Assembly: GCA_031459385.1 (NCBI GenBank)
Contig: JAVKIP010000006.1
Coordinates: 32,001-96,000 of the forward strand
Source of the DNA: Candidatus Fervidifonticultor secundus
Lineage (GTDB): Bacteria > Sysuimicrobiota > Sysuimicrobiia > Sysuimicrobiales > Humicultoraceae
Direction of reading: 5' to 3'
Length of the DNA: 64,000 bases
How positions within the stretch are numbered: position 1 is the stretch's first letter; each line of letters starts with the position of its first letter. Position numbers and translations under genes: made by a program. Positions 27,281 through 37,194 of the stretch are shown one piece after another. The notes below the pieces were generated by a model, which ran no database searches, was not told the origin of the DNA, and was given only the letters and a program-made list of their open reading frames with translations.

Positions 27281-28714
27281 TCAGTCGTAGGTGGTGCTGA
27301 CGGTGGGGGTGACGCCCGGCCGGATGCCGGCCCGCTCGATGACCCGGCGGGCGTGCTCCCGGGCCAGGGCGTAGACCTCCTGCTCGTCGACGGTCAGCAC
27401 CTGCCGGTCGCGCAGCACCACCTGACCGTCGACCAGGACGGTGTGGATGGAGCAGACGCCAGCGGAGTACACCAGGGTCTGGACCGGGTCCCCGTACGGA
27501 ACCCAGTCGTAGTGGTCCAGGTCGAAGAGCACCAGGTCGGCCTTCTTCCCCACCTCGATGGAACCGATCTCGTCGTCCCACAGAAGCGCCCGGGCGCCGT
27601 CGATGGTGGCCATGCGCAGCGCCCGGTGCGCCCCCACGAGCGAGGCATCCATTCTGGCGTCCTTGAACAGGCCTGCTGCCAGGTACATCTGCCGCAGCAT
27701 GTCCAGCGAACCCGCCGCGGACGGGCCGTCGCACCCCAGGGCCACGGTGATGCCCGCCTGCAGCATCTCAGGGTACTGGCCGATGCGGGTGGCGCCCTTG
27801 GCCAGCTTGAGGGACGTCCCGGGACAGAAGGCTACTTTGGTGTCCGTCTCGGCCAGGTACGCGAGCTCCTCGTCGCGCACGGCCACCACGTGGGCCAGCA
27901 CCAAGTTGGGCGCCAGGGCTCCCCACTCCCGCAGGAGCGTCACGGGCCACTTGCCCGTCTTCCGCTCGCTCACCCGGGCTTCCTCGATGGAGGACGCGAT
28001 GTGGTAGGTGGTACCGACGCCCAGCCGGCGGGCCAGGGCGGGGGCCCCGGCGTGGAGTTCGGGCGAGCAGGGTTCCTTGCCTTCGATGTTCACCCACACG
28101 CGGATGCGGCCGCCGGCCGCGTTATGGTACTGCCGGACGCAACGCTCCAGTTCCTCGAGGGCGGCGGTCGCCGACGGGAAGAAGTGGCGCTGGACCATCT
28201 CCCGGGTCCAGTGGGGCGGCAGCGTCTCGGGCAGGCGGTCGGCGGCGTGGCGGCCGGTGACCGCGCGGATCCCCACGCGCTCCAGCGCCCGGACCACCGC
28301 GCCCAGGTCCGACTGCGCCCCCATGTCCAGACAGCACGTGGTCCCGGTCCTGAGCATCTCCACGCCCGCCAGCAGAGTGGCCACGTACTCGTCTTCCGGA
28401 CGCATCGCCGCGTAGACCGGTTTGGCCCAGTGGAAGACCCACGGGCGCGTCGACAGGGTGTCGGGGAACACCCCGCGGGCCAGCTGCTCGGAGAGGTGCA
28501 CGTGCGCGTCTACGAGCCCGGGCATGACCAAGCGGCCGCGGCCGGAGATGACGTCGTCGAAGACCGTGTCCTGATAGCGGCGGCGAATCGCGTCCGCGGG
28601 CCCGATGGCCGCGATCCGTGTGTCCTCGACAACAATCGACTGTTCGGTGAGCACGCGGTCATCCGGGTCCACCGTCAAAACCACATCGGCACCGTCGATC
28701 AGCAGGCGTCCCAT
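27281..28714 (-). CDS. Metal-dependent amidohydrolase (MTA/SAH-deaminase / chlorohydrolase family)
   Basis: PGLVDAHVH, GTT, LAHVV, LGCDG, ATIDGARAL, GKKADL. Confidence 0.88.
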   Translation of the reverse strand: MGRLLIDGADVVLTVDPDDRVLTEQSIVVEDTRIAAIGPADAIRRRYQDTVFDDVISGRGRLVMPGLVDAHVHLSEQLARGVFPDTLSTRPWVFHWAKPVYAAMRPEDEYVATLLAGVEMLRTGTTCCLDMGAQSDLGAVVRALERVGIRAVTGRHAADRLPETLPPHWTREMVQRHFFPSATAALEELERCVRQYHNAAGGRIRVWVNIEGKEPCSPELHAGAPALARRLGVGTTYHIASSIEEARVSERKTGKWPVTLLREWGALAPNLVLAHVVAVRDEELAYLAETDTKVAFCPGTSLKLAKGATRIGQYPEMLQAGITVALGCDGPSAAGSLDMLRQMYLAAGLFKDARMDASLVGAHRALRMATIDGARALLWDDEIGSIEVGKKADLVLFDLDHYDWVPYGDPVQTLVYSAGVCSIHTVLVDGQVVLRDRQVLTVDEQEVYALAREHARRVIERAGIRPGVTPTVSTTYD

Positions 28715-28718
28715 GGCG

Positions 28719-29117
28719 TCAGCGGTCGTGGAGTTCGATGCGGGTGCCGTCGGGATCGCGCACGTAGATGGAGGTTCCGTACCGCGGGGTGATCACGGGC
28801 CCCTCGTAGGGCAGGCCGGCCGCCTCCAGCCGCGCCCGCACCGCCGCCAGGTCGGCCACGCGGAACGCAACGTGGTCCACGGCCGGCACCCCGGGGCCAC
28901 GGCCGGCGGGCAGCACCGTCAGGCCCAGACCCTCCGCCAACGCCACCAGCGGCCGCCCGTCGCGCAAGGTCGCCCGCTCGCGCACCGTGAACCCCAGCAG
29001 GCTCACGAAGAACTCCTCGGCGGCAGCCAGGTCCCGCACCTGCAGAAGGAGGTGCGTGAGGCCCGCGGGCTGCTCCCCGCCGGGGGGCCGCGCCCCGCCA
29101 CGGCCGCTATCCGCCAT
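28719..29117 (-). CDS. VOC/glyoxalase family protein
   Basis: LTHLLLQVRDL, DHVAFRV, YVRDPDGTRIE. Confidence 0.88.
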   Translation of the reverse strand: MADSGRGGARPPGGEQPAGLTHLLLQVRDLAAAEEFFVSLLGFTVRERATLRDGRPLVALAEGLGLTVLPAGRGPGVPAVDHVAFRVADLAAVRARLEAAGLPYEGPVITPRYGTSIYVRDPDGTRIELHDR

Positions 29118-29301
29118 GCCGGTCCGACCCCAGCACCCCGGCGCGCGCCCAGTTCTCCCGGGGCACCTCGTGAATGATCACGTGCAGGTGCTCTGGAGAG
29201 GCGCCGGCGTGGACCACCATGGCCTCCGTGATGGCCCGCACCAGCGCCCGCCTTTGGTCCAGCGTCCGCCCTTCCCACATCTCCACAACCACCACAGGCA
29301 C
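29107..29301 (-). CDS. 4-oxalocrotonate tautomerase family protein
   Basis: (M)PVVVVEMWEGRTLDQRRAL...NWARAG with Pro-1; AGGAGG spaced for GTG 29301. Confidence 0.9.
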   Translation of the reverse strand: MPVVVVEMWEGRTLDQRRALVRAITEAMVVHAGASPEHLHVIIHEVPRENWARAGVLGSDRHGG

Positions 29302-29351
29302 CGGCATCCTCCTTTCCCGGGTCGCGCCCGGTCAGCGCGCAGCGCCCGCCG

Positions 29352-30113
29352 TTACTTCCAGCGGATTAGTAGTCGGTCGACCAGCTGCACCGCGTACGAG
29401 GCCAGTAGCGCCATCGTCATGATGGTAGCGATCACGGCGTACAGGTGCGTGATCAGGAAGACGTTCGCATAGCGCACGAGGAACTCTCCCAGCCCGACCA
29501 GCGCCAGCAACATCTCGCCGACCACAAGCCCCTTGACGCCGTTCACGATGCCCAGCTGGAGTCCCACCATGATCGCTGGCAGCGCCGCCGGCACGTAGAC
29601 GCGCAGGAACAGCTGTAGTTCCCCGGCCCCGTAGCTCCGCGCCATCTCCACCAGCCGGCGATCGGTCCCCTCGAACCCGGTTCGAGTATTGACGACGATG
29701 ACGAAGAACGCAAACAGAAACACCGTGACGACTACGACCACGTCGCTGATGCCGAACAGGGTGATCAGCACCGGCACGAACGCCACCAGCGGCGCCGACA
29801 TCATAACGTTGAAGAACGGGTCGAAGACCAGGCCCAACAGGCGGAAGCGGCCGAGCACCAGCCCGCTCACGATCCCCCCGGCGGTGGCCGCCCCGAACCC
29901 GATGCCGAAGGCGACGAGGCTCTTCAGGACCGCCGCGAGGAGCGGCCCGGCCTGTAGGAGTTGCCACCACACCCGGGCGACCGCCGAAAACGTCGGCAGG
30001 AACAGGGACAGATCCAGCCGGCCGACGGCTTCCACCGCCATCACGAACGCGACGAGGGCCCCGAGCGTCGGGAGCCCGTCCGCCATGCCTTCACGCCGGG
30101 TCGCGCGGTTCAC
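29352..30113 (-). CDS. NitT/TauT family ABC permease
   Basis: LPTFS, NTRTG, EMARSYGA, VPAALP, VVGEM. Confidence 0.88.
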   Translation of the reverse strand: MNRATRREGMADGLPTLGALVAFVMAVEAVGRLDLSLFLPTFSAVARVWWQLLQAGPLLAAVLKSLVAFGIGFGAATAGGIVSGLVLGRFRLLGLVFDPFFNVMMSAPLVAFVPVLITLFGISDVVVVVTVFLFAFFVIVVNTRTGFEGTDRRLVEMARSYGAGELQLFLRVYVPAALPAIMVGLQLGIVNGVKGLVVGEMLLALVGLGEFLVRYANVFLITHLYAVIATIMTMALLASYAVQLVDRLLIRWK

Positions 30114-30901
30114 TGCATATCCTTCAGAATGCCCCACAGGTCTTCCACCAGCCTGCCGAATGCGGGACTCGCGCGGGTCGTCTGGGACGAGCGCGGACGC
30201 GGCAGGTCCACCTCGATGATCCGAAAGAGCCGGCCGGGCCGCGGGCTCAGCACGAAGACCCGGTCGGCGAGGTAGATGGCCTCGTCCATGCTGTGCGTGA
30301 CCAGGAGCACGGTCTTGCGCTCGTCCGCCCACAGGGCGAGCAGGTCGTCCTGCAGGAGGCGGCGCGTCTGCTCGTCCACCGACGCGAAGGGCTCGTCCAT
30401 GAGCAGGATCTGCGGATTGACGGCCAGCGCCCGTGCCAGCCCCACCCGCTGCTGCATCCCGCCCGACAGCTGGTGCGGGTAGTGGTGCTCGAAGCCCGCC
30501 AGCCCCACCTTGGCGATGACGCGCTGCGCGATCGCGTGCCGTACCGGACGGCGGACGCCCCGTACCTCCAGTCCGAACGTCACGTTGCGCAGCACGTTCG
30601 CCCACGGCAGCAAGGCGAAATCCTGGAACACCATGGCCCGGTCCGGTCCAGGCCCGGTCACGGGGGCTCCACCGATCTCCACCCTGCCCGCATCGGGCCC
30701 GATGAGCCCGGCGACGATCTTCAACAGAGTGGTTTTGCCGCATCCGCTGGGACCGATGATAGCCACGAACTCCCCGGCTTCCACGGACAGCGTGACGTTG
30801 TCCAGGACCCGAACGCGGCCGAACGCCTTGGAGACCCCCCGAATCTCGATCCCCAGGGGATGCGCCGCGCTCCGTCGGACCTCGGTGACCGGACTGGCCA
30901 T
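30110..30901 (-). CDS. NitT/TauT family ABC ATP-binding protein
   Basis: GPSGCGKTT, LSGGMQQR, LLMDEPF, VTH. Confidence 0.93.
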   Translation of the reverse strand: MASPVTEVRRSAAHPLGIEIRGVSKAFGRVRVLDNVTLSVEAGEFVAIIGPSGCGKTTLLKIVAGLIGPDAGRVEIGGAPVTGPGPDRAMVFQDFALLPWANVLRNVTFGLEVRGVRRPVRHAIAQRVIAKVGLAGFEHHYPHQLSGGMQQRVGLARALAVNPQILLMDEPFASVDEQTRRLLQDDLLALWADERKTVLLVTHSMDEAIYLADRVFVLSPRPGRLFRIIEVDLPRPRSSQTTRASPAFGRLVEDLWGILKDMQ

Positions 30902-30909
30902 GCTCGCGC

Positions 30910-31662
30910 CTACCCCCGCCAGTGCAACAACCGCGTCTCCACCTGCTGCAGTCCGGTGAGGAGGAGCAGCGCCGCCAGGATGACGCTCAGCACCGCGGCA
31001 AACATCCGGTCGAACGCGAACACGCTGCGGGCGTCCACGATGAGCCGCCCGACCCCGAACGGCGCCAGCAGCAGCTCGGCAATGACCAGCCCGATGAATG
31101 CCCGCGACAGGCCGTACCGCATGCCGGCCAGCACCATGGGCAACGCGCTGGGAAACACCACCATGCGCAGGATCTGCAGCCAACGCGCGTTGAAGGCCCG
31201 TGCCATCTCGTACAGCCGGCCGTGGACATCACGCACACCGCCGTAGGCGTTGGTGGCGACGAAGGGCATGCTGAAGATGAACACGATCAGCGCCGACGAC
31301 GTGATGCGCACCCCCATGGTGAGGATGACGAGCGGCACCAGCGCTGCCATGGGCATCGTGATGAGCAGGTCGAGGTACACGCGCGCGATGCGGCCCAGCG
31401 GCCGCACGAGCCCCATGAGCAGGCCAAATGGGACGCCGAACAGCACGGCGGCCCCGTAGCCAAGGAGGAACGACTGGGCGCTGATCCCAAACGCCCGGTG
31501 GAGGGCGCCCGATCCCAGCAGGTCGGCGAACGCCTGCATGGTGGCGGTGGCGGTGGGAAACGCGAAGTTGACGGGCGCCCGCCCTGCCCATTCCCACGCC
31601 CCCAGCACCCCGAGGACGACCGCTCCCCGCAGACCCCACACTAGCGCCCGTGGCTCCCTCAC
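30910..31662 (-). CDS. NitT/TauT family ABC permease
   Basis: EMARAFNA, FPSALP, VIAELL. Confidence 0.88.
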   Translation of the reverse strand: MREPRALVWGLRGAVVLGVLGAWEWAGRAPVNFAFPTATATMQAFADLLGSGALHRAFGISAQSFLLGYGAAVLFGVPFGLLMGLVRPLGRIARVYLDLLITMPMAALVPLVILTMGVRITSSALIVFIFSMPFVATNAYGGVRDVHGRLYEMARAFNARWLQILRMVVFPSALPMVLAGMRYGLSRAFIGLVIAELLLAPFGVGRLIVDARSVFAFDRMFAAVLSVILAALLLLTGLQQVETRLLHWRG

Positions 31663-31685
31663 GCCGTCACGCTGCCTCCCGCAGA

Positions 31686-32714
31686 CTACCGCCGCCCGAG
31701 CTGCTGCAGCACCGCCTCGAGCGGTTCGGGTGAGAAGAACGTCCCGGGCTTCCACTTCATGACCGGACCCGAGATGTTCCGTGCGTCGACCTGGAACTGG
31801 AGGTTGTCGATCGCCCCCCGCCCGCGCAGCCGGTCGATGCCGCCGTTGGGGTCGAACACCCGGATCACCTCGCGGATCTGGGTCTCCAGCTCCGCCGGGG
31901 ACATCTCCTTGAAGAAGTCACCGCGCTCGCGCACCCAGTAGGTGGGGTCGGCGAGACCTCGCCGATACGACTCCAGGATGCGCTGAATGACGAGGCGGAC
32001 CAGTTGCGGCTGCTGCTCGACGACGTCCCGCCGCGCGATGAGGTAGAAGCTGCTGACCGGCAGCTTGGTCATGTCCAGGAGGATGTGGAACTGCCCCGGC
32101 GCGCGGCGCATGACGACCCCCGCAAAGCTGAGGTCCATGGTGGCCGCCCGCACCGATCCCACCAGCAGCGCCTCGGCCCGCGCCGCTGAGCCCGCCGGCA
32201 TGTACACGAACTCCGGCACCACGGCCGGGTAATCCCGCGCCAGCAGAAAGTCCAGCAGCACCTTCTGGGTCGACCGCGCTGAGTGGCTCGCTACCTGCAT
32301 CCCGTGCAGGGCACGGATGTCGGTGATCTCGCGGCGGGTGACCAGCACGAACTCGGGCAGCGCCAGTTCCATCAGCGCCACCACCGGCGCTCCCCGTTCC
32401 ACGGCCGGGAAGAACGCGTGGAACCCCGTGCCGAATTGTCCGGCCCCCTGCGCGACCGCCAGGACCGCCGCCTCGCTCTCGCGGAGCTCGCGCACCTCCA
32501 CCTCGATCCCGTCCTGCCGCAGAGCTCGCAGGCCGATCAGCGACGGCAGGTTGATCGGCCGGTTGACGGTGGAGATGAAGGTGAGCTTGCGTACGGTGGC
32601 CGCTTCGACGGCCCCGCCTGTGCCCGTGGCCAGGACCAGACCCACCACCAGGGCTCCCAGCACGTGCCATCCTGTCGTCCCGTGTCTCATCGTCGCGTCC
32701 CCCTTCCCCGTCAT
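31686..32714 (-). CDS. NitT/TauT (NMT1/THI5-like) substrate-binding protein
   Basis: Signal peptide, periplasmic-binding-protein pattern, first gene of the ABC block. Confidence 0.75.
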   Translation of the reverse strand: MTGKGDATMRHGTTGWHVLGALVVGLVLATGTGGAVEAATVRKLTFISTVNRPINLPSLIGLRALRQDGIEVEVRELRESEAAVLAVAQGAGQFGTGFHAFFPAVERGAPVVALMELALPEFVLVTRREITDIRALHGMQVASHSARSTQKVLLDFLLARDYPAVVPEFVYMPAGSAARAEALLVGSVRAATMDLSFAGVVMRRAPGQFHILLDMTKLPVSSFYLIARRDVVEQQPQLVRLVIQRILESYRRGLADPTYWVRERGDFFKEMSPAELETQIREVIRVFDPNGGIDRLRGRGAIDNLQFQVDARNISGPVMKWKPGTFFSPEPLEAVLQQLGRR

Positions 32715-32726
32715 GGCATCAGCAGC

Positions 32727-33533
32727 TCATCCCGCCCGGGAGCGTCCCTTCCCGGGCACCGCGGCTCGCGTTCGCAGGTCGTGCCCGGGGCCGCCCGCAC
32801 CCGTTCCGGCACCCCGCAACGCCCTGACCGAGGCTATGGTGGATTCCAGGTGCTTCGACATCCGGTCGGCGGCACCGGTGACGTCACCAGCGCGGATCGC
32901 CTCCAGGATCCCCAGGTGCTGCGCCACGGACCGTCGCGGACGACCGGGCAGGGCCATGACGGCCCGGCGGTCTGCAAAGATGTGATTGATCGACCCGGAT
33001 AAGTAGATCAGGTACGGGTTGCCGCCGAGCTCGGCGATGAGCCCGTGGAACGCGATGTCCAGCCGCTCCAGGGCCGCGACGTCCTGCACCCGGGCTGCAG
33101 CCGCCATCTCCCGGACGTTGCGTTCCAGCAGGTCCAGCGAATCCCGGGCGCGGGCCGGGTCCGCGGCCACGGCACGCGCGGCCAGGGACGCCGATTTGCG
33201 CTCCAGGACCTCCCGTACCTCCAGCAACGCCAGCACGTCCTCGCGGTGGGCCTGGAGCCAGGGCAGCCACGAGGCGGGATCCCTGCTGTCGTCTCGGGGC
33301 GAGGCCACGAAGATGCCCCGGCCCTGGCGCACCTCGACCAGCCTGAGCGCCGACAGGACCTGCACCGCCTCGCGGATCGTCGAGGCACTCACGCCGAAGC
33401 CCTGGGCGAGGTCCCGGACGGGTGGCAGCTTCGCCCCCGGCCCCAACCGTCCCCCCTGGATCAGCTGGCGGATCTGCTCGACGACCTGCTGCGTACTCGT
33501 CAGTGGCCGCACGGCGCGCAGGGTGTTGATCAC
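32727..33533 (-). CDS. FadR/GntR family transcriptional regulator
   Basis: KLPPVRDLAQGFGVSASTIREA..L, GRGIFV, FCD domain DIAFH...GNP; start GTG 33533 or ATG 33557. Confidence 0.92.
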   Translation of the reverse strand: MINTLRAVRPLTSTQQVVEQIRQLIQGGRLGPGAKLPPVRDLAQGFGVSASTIREAVQVLSALRLVEVRQGRGIFVASPRDDSRDPASWLPWLQAHREDVLALLEVREVLERKSASLAARAVAADPARARDSLDLLERNVREMAAAARVQDVAALERLDIAFHGLIAELGGNPYLIYLSGSINHIFADRRAVMALPGRPRRSVAQHLGILEAIRAGDVTGAADRMSKHLESTIASVRALRGAGTGAGGPGHDLRTRAAVPGKGRSRAG

Positions 33534-33545
33534 CAGATCACCGGT

Positions 33546-33556
33546 TGGTCGGACCA
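33546..33556. promoter_or_regulatory. Putative FadR-family operator TGGTCGGACCA
   Basis: Palindrome of the TGGT-N3-ACCA type directly upstream of the regulator, beside an AT-rich -10-like TAAAAA. Confidence 0.6.
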
Positions 33557-33632
33557 TTTGCCCATTTTTATTCCCCTCGGTCCCGCACGGATCCTCCCGC
33601 CGCGCCTGAGGGAGTCCAAGCAGCCCCTTTCG

Positions 33633-35039
33633 CTACAGGGGCGGCCGCCGCAGGTGGAGTCCCGCCGCCTGCTCATAGGCGTAGGCGATGCGCAAGAGGC
33701 GTGCTTCCTGGAAGGGATGGCCGACGATCTGCACGCCGACCGGCAGCCCCTCGGACGTGAACCCGCAGGGCAGGACGATGGCCGGGTGGCCGGTCAGGTT
33801 GAACAGTGCCGTGTAGCGAGTGATGATGCTGAGGACGTCTTCCTCTTCCCCGCCCACCCTCATCGTCCGCTGTCCGATCGGGTATGCCGGGACCGGCAAC
33901 GCGGGAAGGACCACGGCATCGACTCCTGCCATCGCCGACCGGACGTCCAGGGCCATGCGCTGGCGGACGCGCTGCGCACGCACGTAGTCGGCGGCGAGGA
34001 TGAACTCGCCGGTCTCCAGCAGGGAACGCACGACCGGGTGATAGTCAGAGGCTCGCGTGCGGAGATACGGCCGATGGTACTCAGCCGCCTCGGCCGCCGA
34101 GATAGTCCACATGACCGTCCGGGCCTGCGCGAGATCAGGCAGGGCGACTTCCGACAGCGTCGCCCCCTCGCGCTCGATCACGCCGTAGGCGCGGCCGACG
34201 ATCGCCCGCACCTCCGGCTCGATGCGCTCCGAGGACTGCGGCCGCAGGATCCCGACGCGCAGTCCCCGCACGCCTTCGTCGAGGTCTGCCGCGTAGTCTG
34301 GAACTGGCAGGGTGACAGCCGTGGGGTCGGCGGGGTCAGGCCCCGCGATGACCCCAAGCAGCACCGCAGCGTCGCGGACGGTGCGAGCGATCGGTCCGAC
34401 GTGATCCAGGTTGTACCCGACCGGAACGACTCCCGCCCGGCTCACGCGACCGTAGGTGGGCTTCAGTCCCACGACACCGCAAAACGCCGCAGGGATCCGG
34501 ACCGAGCCTCCGGTGTCGGTGCCCAACGACCCGTAGCAGAGTCCCGCAGCCACTGCCGCCGCCGATCCGCTGGAGGAGCCGCCACACGTCCGGTCGCGGT
34601 TCCAGGGGTTGCGGGTGGGCCCGTAGGCCGGGTGGGGTGCTCCGTAGGCGAATTCGTAGAGGTTGGCCTTGGCGAGCAGCACCCCTCCGGCCGCGGCCAG
34701 CCGGTCGGCGACGGTAGCGCTGGTCTGCGGGACCCAGTCGGCGAGGATGGGCGAGCCGGCAGTCGTGCGCACCCCCGCGGTTGCGATGTTGTCCTTGAGC
34801 GAGAGCGGGATCCCGTGCAGAGGACCGAGGTACGTGCCTCTCGCCAGGAGCTCCTCGGCCTCACGGGCCCGCTGCCAGGCCAGCTCGCCCAAGACGCTGA
34901 TGTAGCAGTTGAGCGTCGGGCCGAGCCGCGCGACCCGGTCGAGCAGCGCGCCCGTCACCTCAGTGGGCGAGACCTCGCGCCGCCGGACCAGTTCGGCCAC
35001 CTCGGTGAGCGGCCGGGTGCAGAGATCGTCGCCGGTCAT
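33633..35039 (-). CDS. Amidase-signature family enzyme (GatA/AtzE-like)
   Basis: LKDN, GGSSSGS, GTDTGGSVRIPA, GLKPTYGRV. Confidence 0.92.
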   Translation of the reverse strand: MTGDDLCTRPLTEVAELVRRREVSPTEVTGALLDRVARLGPTLNCYISVLGELAWQRAREAEELLARGTYLGPLHGIPLSLKDNIATAGVRTTAGSPILADWVPQTSATVADRLAAAGGVLLAKANLYEFAYGAPHPAYGPTRNPWNRDRTCGGSSSGSAAAVAAGLCYGSLGTDTGGSVRIPAAFCGVVGLKPTYGRVSRAGVVPVGYNLDHVGPIARTVRDAAVLLGVIAGPDPADPTAVTLPVPDYAADLDEGVRGLRVGILRPQSSERIEPEVRAIVGRAYGVIEREGATLSEVALPDLAQARTVMWTISAAEAAEYHRPYLRTRASDYHPVVRSLLETGEFILAADYVRAQRVRQRMALDVRSAMAGVDAVVLPALPVPAYPIGQRTMRVGGEEEDVLSIITRYTALFNLTGHPAIVLPCGFTSEGLPVGVQIVGHPFQEARLLRIAYAYEQAAGLHLRRPPL

Positions 35040-35245
35040 CGGACCGGATCGTCGGCCGTCGCCGTGAACGCCACGGCCATCTCGACCCCGCCGACGTCGA
35101 CCCTCCTCAACGCGTCCAGCGCTTCGAACAGTGCGGCGACCCGAGGAGCCAGTTCTGTCAAATGCTCGGGCGTGTGCCCCAGCCCGGCCAGGGCAGAGCA
35201 GCCGCGCAGAAACGCCACGACCTCCGCATGCCTCGCCTCACGCAT
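35036..35245 (-). CDS. Small GatC/AtzG-like amidase accessory protein
   Basis: 69 aa, GGAGG RBS, ATGA overlap with the amidase, C-terminal EMAVAF. Confidence 0.6.
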   Translation of the reverse strand: MREARHAEVVAFLRGCSALAGLGHTPEHLTELAPRVAALFEALDALRRVDVGGVEMAVAFTATADDPVR

Positions 35246-35263
35246 CAGGATGCCTCCGTCTCC

Positions 35264-36352
35264 TCAGGCTGACGGCGCCGACCGGTCGTCCTCGAGCAGG
35301 ACCACGTGCTCCAGGTCGAAGCCCACCGGCACTGAACTCCCGACGGCCTCAGCCTCTCGCTGGGTAGACGTGGCGATCAGGTGTTGCCCGTCCGCCATCT
35401 CCAGGAGGTGGTCGACGTTGGTGCCCCGATACACCACGTCCCGCAGCGTTGCTATGAGACGCACACGACGGTCAGCGGCGCGAGGCCCAAGACGCAGGTG
35501 CTCCGCGCGAATCGCGACGCTGACCCGAGAGCCCGTGGGCTGTCCGCCAGAGGCTTCCAGCGCGATGACCGTGCCGCCGATGCGAATGTGCAACCGTCCT
35601 CTCACCGCCTCCACGACATCGGCCTCCAGGACATTGGAACCGCGGAAGAAGCTGGCCACGAATCGCGTCTTCGGACGGCGAAAGAGGACCTCGGGGACGT
35701 CGCACTGCACGCAGACTCCGCGGTGGATCACGGCGATGCGGTCGCTCATCGTCAACGCCTCTTCCTGATCGTGCGTCACGTAGACAAAGGTCGTGCCGGT
35801 CTGGCGCTGGATATGCTTCAACTCCACCTGCATCTCCCGCCGGATTTTCTCGTCAAGCGAACCCAGCGGCTCGTCCAGCAGCAGGAGCGGCGGCTCGACC
35901 GCCAGGGCCCGGGCCAGGGCGACGCGCTGCTGCTCGCCGCCGCTCAGCACGGTCACGTCCTTCTCCGCCAGTCCCGATAACCCCACGAGCGCAAGGAGCT
36001 GGGCGACCCTACTGCGGATCCGGTCCTCCGGCACGCCGCGCACACGCAACCCGTACGCGACGTTCCGCGCCACGTTCATGTTCGGGAACAGGGCGTACTG
36101 CTGGAAGACCATGCCCAGGCCTCGTCGCCACGGCGGGACCTGCGCGACATCCTTCCCCTCGATCAGCACCCGTCCGGACTCGGGACGCTCCAGGCCCGCG
36201 ATGATACGCAAGATCGTTGACTTCCCGGAGCCGCTGGGGCCGAGCAGGGTGAAGAACTCGCCTCGGAAGACCGTCAGGCTCAACCGGTCGGCTGCCACGG
36301 TCGCCCCGAATCGCTTGGTGATCCCCTCGAGTTGGAGCAACGCCTCCCCCAT
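35264..36352 (-). CDS. PotA-like ABC ATP-binding protein
   Basis: GPSGSGKS, LSGGEQQR, LLDEP, VTHDQEEA, TOBE-like C-terminus. Confidence 0.92.
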   Translation of the reverse strand: MGEALLQLEGITKRFGATVAADRLSLTVFRGEFFTLLGPSGSGKSTILRIIAGLERPESGRVLIEGKDVAQVPPWRRGLGMVFQQYALFPNMNVARNVAYGLRVRGVPEDRIRSRVAQLLALVGLSGLAEKDVTVLSGGEQQRVALARALAVEPPLLLLDEPLGSLDEKIRREMQVELKHIQRQTGTTFVYVTHDQEEALTMSDRIAVIHRGVCVQCDVPEVLFRRPKTRFVASFFRGSNVLEADVVEAVRGRLHIRIGGTVIALEASGGQPTGSRVSVAIRAEHLRLGPRAADRRVRLIATLRDVVYRGTNVDHLLEMADGQHLIATSTQREAEAVGSSVPVGFDLEHVVLLEDDRSAPSA

Positions 36353-36366
36353 GGTCGCGGCCCCAG

Positions 36367-37155
36367 TCACGGCGACACGCGCGGGCGCGGCCGGTATGCG
36401 ATCAGGGGGCGCAGCCCCACGATCAGGACCAGCGTGGAGACGATCAGCAGGCTCATCAGCGCGTACAGGCTGGTGGAGAGGCCGACCTGCAAGTAGGTGG
36501 ACCAGATGTAGGTCTGCACCGTATTGAGCGGGCCCTGCACCAGTGACGTCCGCACGGTCTCGTTGAGGGAGAGGATGAGCGAAAACGTCGCAGCTCCCAC
36601 GATCCCGGGATAAATGAGGGGGAGTTCTACGTCCCAAAACGCTCTCGTCCGGTTGGCCCCGTGGACATAGGCAGCCTCCAGGTAGACCGGGTCGAACGTC
36701 GCCATGGCGGTAAGGACGATCAGAAACGCGAAGGGCAGCGACCACAGCACGTGCACGGTCAGAATCGTCCACAGCGACGGCACCACACCCAGCAGGCGGA
36801 AGAAGAACGCCACGGCCAACCCCATGCTCACCCCCGGGATGAACAGAGGCAGGAGCACCAGCAGCAGCACCAGCCGCGGCGCACGCAGCTCCCGCACGCC
36901 CATCGCCGCCAGCAGCGCCAACAGCGGTGTGAGGGTAGCTGTAAGGATCCCGAGCACTGCCGAGACACGGACCGCTCCCAGGAGAACCGGGTTGCGCCAG
37001 ATCTCAAGGTAGGCCGCCAGAGAAATCCCGCCCGGACTCCCCCCAGCCTCCCCGAGCGAGAACAGCAGCGGCGGGACGAGCTGCGCGTAGAGGAACAACA
37101 GGACGCAGCCAACATAGGCCCAGGCGAACGTGTAAGCAAGCCGGCCTCGACTCAC
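36367..37155 (-). CDS. PotC-like ABC permease
   Basis: LPLFIPG, EAAYVHGA, SLNE. Confidence 0.88.
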   Translation of the reverse strand: MSRGRLAYTFAWAYVGCVLLFLYAQLVPPLLFSLGEAGGSPGGISLAAYLEIWRNPVLLGAVRVSAVLGILTATLTPLLALLAAMGVRELRAPRLVLLLVLLPLFIPGVSMGLAVAFFFRLLGVVPSLWTILTVHVLWSLPFAFLIVLTAMATFDPVYLEAAYVHGANRTRAFWDVELPLIYPGIVGAATFSLILSLNETVRTSLVQGPLNTVQTYIWSTYLQVGLSTSLYALMSLLIVSTLVLIVGLRPLIAYRPRPRVSP

Positions 37156-37194
37156 GCTTCCCCGGTCGCGGAACGCTGCCCGCGCCTGCGCAAT

